DNA of 64,000 nucleotides from Bacteroidales bacterium. GTDB lineage: Bacteria > Bacteroidota > Bacteroidia > Bacteroidales > CAIWKO01. Below, piece by piece: positions 58,328 to 64,000 of the stretch (position 1 is its first letter; the number at the start of each line of letters is the position of its first letter). The stretch is taken from NCBI GenBank assembly GCA_035389045.1, contig DAOORA010000009.1:1-64000 (forward strand). Direction: 5' to 3'. The notes under the pieces are model-generated. The model made no database searches. It was not told where the DNA came from and saw only the letters and a list, made by a program, of their open reading frames with translations. The position numbers and the translations under genes were made by a program.

Positions 58328-58335
58328 TATCTTTG
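58328..58335 (+). promoter_or_regulatory. -7 promoter box
   Basis: TATCTTTG upstream of the PorP/SprF gene. Confidence 0.6.
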
Positions 58336-58375
58336 ATACTGAAATTAATTAAGTGATTTTTTACTTATAATAAAT

Positions 58376-59416
58376 ATGAAAAGATTTTTATTACTAACAG
58401 TGTTGATAGTAAGTTCTCTTTGGGCATCAGGACAGGACATACACTTTTCGCAGTTCAACAATGCTCCTTTATCACTTAATCCGGCCTTAGCCGGAGCTTT
58501 CAGCGCTGACCACAGGATCATCGCCAATTACAAGAGCCAGTGGCGCAGCATTTCAAAATCATATCTCACGTATGGTATTTCTTATGATTGCGGTATCCTG
58601 AAAGGAAAGCTTAAAGGCGGCATTCTTGGTATAGGGATACAATTATTTAACGATCAGGCAGGAGATAATAAGTTGAATCAGACGATGGTAAATATTTCTA
58701 TCGCATATCACCTGCCGCTTAACAAGCACAATATGCTCACCGCAGGGATACAGGGCGGCATGGCGCAAAAAAGAATAAAAATGGACAACATGCGCTGGGA
58801 CAGTCAGTATGACCCGGCCTTTACCGATGGATACAATCCTTCCCTGCCCACCGGGGAAACAATGGATTTCAATAAAATGTTGTATGGAGATATCGGTGCA
58901 GGATTAACATGGACTTATAACTCAAATTCCACCACCCTTTCGGCTAACGACGCAAAAAAAGTTTGTGTCGGGATATCCATGATGCATATGAACCGGCCGC
59001 GACAGACTTTTTCGGAGTTGAACTCCAACCGGATGAGCATGAAAATGACCTTACATGCCAATGCATTCATCGGTTTTTCCAATACCAATTTCTCATTATT
59101 ACCCACGGCCGCCTGGTTTATGCAAGGCCCTGCCAACGAAATCATTTTTGGTTCCCTGTTCCGTTATCGGCTGAACGACGCCTCCAAATATACCAACTTT
59201 GTTTCGGAGACCGCTATAGGCCTGGGAGTTTATTACCGCATGAAAGATGCCTGTGTGGTTTCAGCACAGATGGAATGGAGAAATTTCCTGTTCTCGCTCA
59301 GTTACGATATCAATACATCAAAACTTGCAGCAGCCAGCAAAAGTGCCGGAGGACTTGAAGTTGCTTTCAGGTATATCACCCCGCTGTTCACCAAAACAAG
59401 TAAAAGTCTGTTTTAG
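58376..59416 (+). CDS. PorP/SprF family T9SS outer-membrane protein
   Basis: QDIHFSQF..APL.LNPALAG...NYKSQW; SYDINTS...GGLEVAFRY. Confidence 0.9.
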   Translation: MKRFLLLTVLIVSSLWASGQDIHFSQFNNAPLSLNPALAGAFSADHRIIANYKSQWRSISKSYLTYGISYDCGILKGKLKGGILGIGIQLFNDQAGDNKLNQTMVNISIAYHLPLNKHNMLTAGIQGGMAQKRIKMDNMRWDSQYDPAFTDGYNPSLPTGETMDFNKMLYGDIGAGLTWTYNSNSTTLSANDAKKVCVGISMMHMNRPRQTFSELNSNRMSMKMTLHANAFIGFSNTNFSLLPTAAWFMQGPANEIIFGSLFRYRLNDASKYTNFVSETAIGLGVYYRMKDACVVSAQMEWRNFLFSLSYDINTSKLAAASKSAGGLEVAFRYITPLFTKTSKSLF

Positions 59417-59446
59417 TAGTATTTGGTAGTACAAATTTGCAAACTA

Positions 59447-59477
59447 CCCGCCACAAAGCCGGAATGTGGACTGCGGG
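59447..59477. terminator. GC-rich hairpin between convergent porP and fabG
   Basis: CCCGC-CACA...TGTG-GACT-GCGGG imperfect stem; no clear U-tract. Confidence 0.4.
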
Positions 59478-59499
59478 AACTTATATATACCACGTATTG

Positions 59500-60246
59500 T
59501 CAGGTATTCAGCCCACCACAGACATTGATCACCTGTCCGCTGACGTAGGCAGATAGATCTGAGGCCAGAAATACGGCGACACCGGCCACATCCTCCGGCG
59601 TACCCGGACGTTTCAACGGTATGTCATTGATCCATTTTAACCGGGCTTCTTCAGGAATTTTATGAGTCATCCCGGTTTCGATGAATCCCGGAGCTATCGC
59701 GTTACAGCGTATATTACGTGATCCAAGTTCCCGAGCTACAGATTTTGTAAATCCGATTATTCCCGCCTTGGAAGCTGCATAATTCGCCTGACCTGCATTT
59801 CCACTAACGCCCACCACCGAACTCATGTTAATGATAGACCCGTAACGCTGCTTTAGCATGATCTTCTGACATGCTTTAGTGAGATTAAAAACTGATTTCA
59901 GGTTAATAGTAATTACCATATCCCACTCCGTTTCGGTCATCCTCAGCAATAAATTATCACGGGTGATACCAGCATTATTAACAAGTATATTGATTACCGT
60001 GAAATCATTGATTATTTTATTAACCGTTTCTTCACTGTGTACAAAAGAACCGGCATCAGAAGCATACCCTTGGGCTTTCACTCCCATATCCATCAGTTCT
60101 TTTTCCAGTTGTATCATGTAATCATCATAAAACAGGTCTGTAAAAGCAATATTACAACCATTTTTTGCAAAGGCCAGCGCAATGGATCTCCCGATTCCCC
60201 TAGATGCACCTGTAATAAGTGCTGTTTTTCCCTCAAGTAGTTTCAT
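59500..60246 (-). CDS. fabG: 3-oxoacyl-ACP reductase
   Basis: ITGASRGIG, NNAGITRD, YAASKAG, NAIAPGFI; start at MKLLEGK. Confidence 0.93.
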   Translation of the reverse strand: MKLLEGKTALITGASRGIGRSIALAFAKNGCNIAFTDLFYDDYMIQLEKELMDMGVKAQGYASDAGSFVHSEETVNKIINDFTVINILVNNAGITRDNLLLRMTETEWDMVITINLKSVFNLTKACQKIMLKQRYGSIINMSSVVGVSGNAGQANYAASKAGIIGFTKSVARELGSRNIRCNAIAPGFIETGMTHKIPEEARLKWINDIPLKRPGTPEDVAGVAVFLASDLSAYVSGQVINVCGGLNT

Positions 60247-60333
60247 AGTCATTTTTTTTAACAAAAATAGCAATATAATTCATATTTTTGAGTTCTGAAA
60301 TTTCATAAGAAACCAGTATATTTCTTTTTCCCT

Positions 60334-61620
60334 ATGAAAATTGCTTTGTTTTGCAATATATTCTTTCTGTTATTATTTTCGTTCCGGATGGCTGATGCTC
60401 AGGAAAAAGATTCTACTGACCTTCAACTGATACTTGCAGCTTACAACGGCGATATAAACGGAGTAAACCAGCTGATCGCAGACAGCGCTGACGTCAATGC
60501 ATGTAACGACGAAGGTATTTCAGCGCTCATGTATGCATCTGAAAAAGGGTATACTGAAATTGTAAAAATATTATTATATCATAACGCAGATCCTGATTTA
60601 AAGCCCGCGAACGGTCGCACAGCGCTTATCTCCGCAACCATTCATAATTACCAGGAGATTGTATATCTTTTATTGATCTATGGCGCCGACATCAATGCGT
60701 CCGACGAATACGGAGTCACAGCCCTGATTTATGCGGCTTCGTACAACCTCGTTGATATGGTCGCATATCTGCTGAAAAATGGTGCACAGCATGTGATCAA
60801 AGCACAGGATGGAACTGATGCTTTGCTGGCGGCGGCATGTTTCGGCAACACGGATATTGCAGACCTGCTCTGCAGGCAAAATGCCGATATAAATACCCGG
60901 GATTACAATGGTTTTACACCGCTTACCATGGCTATCCAAAACAACGATTCAAGACTTGCTGATACCTTATTAATTAATAGTCCTGAACTCAAAACACATT
61001 TTAAAGAATATCCTTCATTAAACCTGATAGACTATGCCAGGATAAATAACCGCAAGCTTATTGTAAAAAAACTTAAAAACCAGGGACTTCGTGGCTCCAT
61101 ATGGCCTTTTTTCAACAAAATAACATTGAATTATCATGTAGCCTCTTTTAATACTCAGGACTGTTTTATGGGAGCAGGTATCGGCATATCCGATTCAAAA
61201 TACAACCTCAGCGTTGAACTGGGTTTTAGCGGAAGGGTGGCAAAAAAAAGAGTGCTTGAACAGCAGTCGGAACATATTTTTTATCAGTTGTGGGAAAAAA
61301 GGAAGTATATCTATCTGGATGCAGAAAAACTTATCGGTTTTAAAACAAAAAAAACAGAACACAGGCAGGGGATATATATCCGCGCCAAAGGATTATTCAC
61401 TTTTGGATCGTACGAAGGGCTTAGCCGTAAACCCGCCAGCCATTTCACTTTTGTGCCCGGGATCGGATACAGCTACCTGTTCAGGAATTTCTTTGTCAAA
61501 GCAGGCTATGAATACTGCGATCTTGGGGTTTACCAAGGTATGAAACACTGGATCACACTCTCTGCTGGCATTTCGATCAATTTAACCAAAAACCTTCACA
61601 AAACCATTTATTGGATCTAA
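60334..61620 (+). CDS. Ankyrin-repeat protein with C-terminal beta-strand-rich (barrel-like) domain
   Basis: Signal peptide; G.SALMYA / GRTALI.A / G.TALIYA / G.TPLTMA repeats; amphipathic strands at the end. Confidence 0.8.
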   Translation: MKIALFCNIFFLLLFSFRMADAQEKDSTDLQLILAAYNGDINGVNQLIADSADVNACNDEGISALMYASEKGYTEIVKILLYHNADPDLKPANGRTALISATIHNYQEIVYLLLIYGADINASDEYGVTALIYAASYNLVDMVAYLLKNGAQHVIKAQDGTDALLAAACFGNTDIADLLCRQNADINTRDYNGFTPLTMAIQNNDSRLADTLLINSPELKTHFKEYPSLNLIDYARINNRKLIVKKLKNQGLRGSIWPFFNKITLNYHVASFNTQDCFMGAGIGISDSKYNLSVELGFSGRVAKKRVLEQQSEHIFYQLWEKRKYIYLDAEKLIGFKTKKTEHRQGIYIRAKGLFTFGSYEGLSRKPASHFTFVPGIGYSYLFRNFFVKAGYEYCDLGVYQGMKHWITLSAGISINLTKNLHKTIYWI

Positions 61621-62075
61621 CCATGCATACAATTAAAGCTTTCAGGCCGTTTATATTACTGATGTCTATGGCAATTTTTCAATCCTGTGAGCAAAATAGT
61701 TATTTCAGCAATTCGCAGGATTGTCAGAATTATGATTATTCCGACTGCAATACGTCTGAGCCGGCTTTGGTCGCCTTACATATCAAACTGACCATAAATG
61801 ATGAAAATCCTAAGGTACCGGTGACTATATATGAAGGAAAACTTGATAATAACCTCATTGTGCTTACGGACACGGTTTCGGCATCTACTTACAGCGTATT
61901 ACTGCCACCTGACAAATACTATACAGTGTCAGCGCGATATGTTTCCGGAAATAAGATCATTTACGGTATCGGGAGCGATAATATAAAAAAGATCAGGAAT
62001 TACGTTTGTGATTCCGTTTGCTGGACTGAGCAGGAAGGCAATATAGATGTCCGGCTGAAAGGTCAGAAGGATTGA
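61611..62075 (+). CDS. Hypothetical Cys-containing lipoprotein
   Basis: Lipobox FQS-C; overlaps the ankyrin gene end. Confidence 0.6.
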   Translation: MDLTMHTIKAFRPFILLMSMAIFQSCEQNSYFSNSQDCQNYDYSDCNTSEPALVALHIKLTINDENPKVPVTIYEGKLDNNLIVLTDTVSASTYSVLLPPDKYYTVSARYVSGNKIIYGIGSDNIKKIRNYVCDSVCWTEQEGNIDVRLKGQKD

Positions 62076-62742
62076 CCTGAGAAGTCTGTGCTTTTTTTCT
62101 GAGGTGGTGGTTAATAATTATTTCAAATTTGGTGGTATCAAGAAAAGTGTCAAAACGCAGGTGGTCTTTACGCTCATTGTTTTTGCCCTTCATGATGTCA
62201 TCACCATATTCGTTAAGTATTACTTTCCATAACAGCTCGGTACAATAAAATTCCGAACTGTCGTCGATATTGAAAGCATTATCAAACGGCACCTGCTGTG
62301 CCAGGTAGTATTTTGCTTTGCGGCTGATAGCAGATAACGGTTTATTAATTCTGGATTTATACCTTATTACGATGACAGAATTATAATGACTGTCTCTAAT
62401 AAAAGCTTTAAGATTCTGTGACTGGACACCATCAACATTCGAAAGGGAACTTGATACGGAATGTACTACCATGCATCCGGTATCGTCTTTACAAACAATG
62501 GCGCAATGAGAAATATCATACTGTTCATCGAGCTGTTCAACGATCATATCGCTGACCAGCCCGTAACCATGCCTGAGTATAATATCCCCGTCCTGAATCA
62601 TATCAACTTCTTTATCGGAAAGGGTATACCTATAAAAAGATTGTTCCTGCATGCTATGATGTTCATAAGCATACAGGAACAATCGGAGTGATGCTGCTAT
62701 TGATAAGATGATAATAAAAAGTATTACAACTATTTTTTTCAT
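61993..62742 (-). CDS. YiiX/YebB-like permuted NlpC/P60 papain-like amidase
   Basis: QDGDIILRHG, SHCAIV (His), PFD..F, FYCTELLW (Cys). Confidence 0.82.
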   Translation of the reverse strand: MKKIVVILFIIILSIAASLRLFLYAYEHHSMQEQSFYRYTLSDKEVDMIQDGDIILRHGYGLVSDMIVEQLDEQYDISHCAIVCKDDTGCMVVHSVSSSLSNVDGVQSQNLKAFIRDSHYNSVIVIRYKSRINKPLSAISRKAKYYLAQQVPFDNAFNIDDSSEFYCTELLWKVILNEYGDDIMKGKNNERKDHLRFDTFLDTTKFEIIINHHLRKKAQTSQVNPSDLSAGHLYCLPAQSSKRNHKRNS

Positions 62743-62771
62743 CTATCGGATGAGCATGTCAAAGAAATTAA

Positions 62772-63197
62772 TTATTCAACAGCGGCGGTTGTGTCAACAG
62801 CAGTAGTATCTTCAATAGGATTAGTTTCTTCGCCGGTTCCTTCTTTTTTCTGGTCAACAAGCCATTTGCCATCTTTTTTTACTAAGTCAATTGATTCTTC
62901 TTTGCCATCAGCAGTATATTTACATACTGATTTGTCTTCCGTCGTTTCGCATTTCATGTTTTCAATTTTCTTTTCTTTCACTTCCTGAGTTCCGCCAACA
63001 CCTGAAAAACTTTTCATCATATCAAGCATCTGGCCGGTTTCTTCGGTAGCAATTTTTTTAGCGTCGTCAAATTCTTTTTTGTTTAAATGATTCAGATATT
63101 TTGTCGCTACTGCTTCAGGGGTGTTTGCTTTGTCTCCGCATGATGCAAATGCTATAACGACGATAGCTGCAATTACTAAACTAAATACTTTTTTCAT
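62772..63197 (-). CDS. DUF4878-like lipoprotein
   Basis: Lipobox FAS-C; TPEAVATKYL...LVKKDGKWLV; -7 box at 63234-63241 supports the MKKVF start. Confidence 0.75.
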   Translation of the reverse strand: MKKVFSLVIAAIVVIAFASCGDKANTPEAVATKYLNHLNKKEFDDAKKIATEETGQMLDMMKSFSGVGGTQEVKEKKIENMKCETTEDKSVCKYTADGKEESIDLVKKDGKWLVDQKKEGTGEETNPIEDTTAVDTTAAVE

Positions 63198-63361
63198 GTT
63201 TTCTTTTTTTTGGTTATTAATTTTTGAACGGGACAAAGATAATAAGATTTTTTTGATTTTAACATTTTTTAAGAAAATTTTACTAACAATCGTTTTTGTT
63301 AGTAACTAATATTTTCATTTTTTTTTGAAAAACTAAGTAACTTTGGCATGAAAAGACCAGA

Positions 63362-64000
63362 ATGAAACACGAGATTATAAAACAACATCCTGATATTATT
63401 GATTTTACGGATTTTTTGAAAGTAAGGCTTTCAAAAGAGCTTCCGGGCAAGCAGGCTCATTTCAGGATGATACCATCAGTCCGCCTGTCTGAATTTGACC
63501 CTATTCCTGAAAACGCCAGAAAAAGCAGCGTGCTGCTACTCCTTTTTGAAAAAAACGGACACCTATTTACAATTCTCATCCAACGTCCCGAATACAACGG
63601 CGTTCACAGCGCCCAGATATCATTCCCGGGCGGAAGTTTCGAAGAACGGGATATCAGCCTTGAAAATACGGCACTGCGTGAAACTGAAGAAGAAATAGGC
63701 ATAGACCGGAAACGGGTAAGCATCATCGGAAGCCTTACCGACCTGTATATCCCACCAAGCAATTACAGGATAAAACCTTTTGTTGCCTTCGGCAGTAGCA
63801 TAGAAAAATTCACTCCTGACCAGCGTGAAGTCCAGGAAATCCATACTGTTGACATCAATGAATTCGCCGGAAATAAAAATATAAAATCAAAAAAAATACG
63901 TATCCGGAACGGCATGGAATATGACACTTTTTATTACGATATCAACGGACTGACCATATGGGGAGCAACCGCCATGATACTGAGCGAATTTGCCGAACTG
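63362..64000 (+). CDS. Nudix CoA pyrophosphatase (3'-partial; not in the ORF track)
   Basis: Translated by hand from ATG 63362: ...HSAQISFPGGSFEERDISLENTALRETEEEIG...IWGATAMILSEF; -7 box TAACTTTG at 63338-63345. Confidence 0.9.
   Translation, partial: MKHEIIKQHPDIIDFTDFLKVRLSKELPGKQAHFRMIPSVRLSEFDPIPENARKSSVLLLLFEKNGHLFTILIQRPEYNGVHSAQISFPGGSFEERDISLENTALRETEEEIGIDRKRVSIIGSLTDLYIPPSNYRIKPFVAFGSSIEKFTPDQREVQEIHTVDINEFAGNKNIKSKKIRIRNGMEYDTFYYDINGLTIWGATAMILSEFAEL

Noticed and set aside
63495..63844. Two short ORFs in the track at the window end
   Set aside because: They are alternative frames over the real, 3'-truncated Nudix gene starting at 63362.

Overview
This is 64 kb of chromosome from a Bacteroidota (most likely Bacteroidales-like) bacterium. 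The evidence is many TAnnTTTG -7 promoter boxes, seven proteins with type IX secretion (T9SS) type-A C-terminal domains (CTDs), a PorP/SprF gene and a Bacteroidota-type SRP RNA. There are two large accessory blocks. (1) At 0.3-18.2 kb, a LytS/LytTR-linked locus encodes a VTC-domain polyphosphate-polymerase-like protein, a DUF4956 membrane protein, a DUF2490 outer-membrane barrel, a Lys-rich repeat protein and a lipoprotein. It also encodes two T9SS-secreted CotH kinases, two T9SS-secreted arylsulfate-sulfotransferase-like propellers with a His in place of the catalytic Arg, and a propeller protein. I propose this is a trans-envelope polyphosphate synthesis/export system feeding extracellular phosphotransfer (hypothesis). 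(2) At 42.2-54.2 kb, three mosaic YadA/Hep-Hag-repeat fibre paralogues carry 1, 2 and 3 copies of one module and have phage-type intramolecular chaperones. They have no membrane anchor and no T9SS signal, and they lie downstream of a T9SS protein with dockerin-like motifs; this is a candidate anchored-fibre adhesin system. The rest is mostly housekeeping: ffs, Sua5/YciO, ribH, fmt, HU, a TrmH-family gene, bTHX, the murL-murD2 L-Glu epimerase route to peptidoglycan, glycosyltransferases/asnB, yggS, dapD, yqgF/ruvX, def, dacA, fabG and a partial Nudix gene. I recognised no CRISPR array, tRNA, rRNA or intact transposase. All family calls come from reading motifs by eye, not from database searches.
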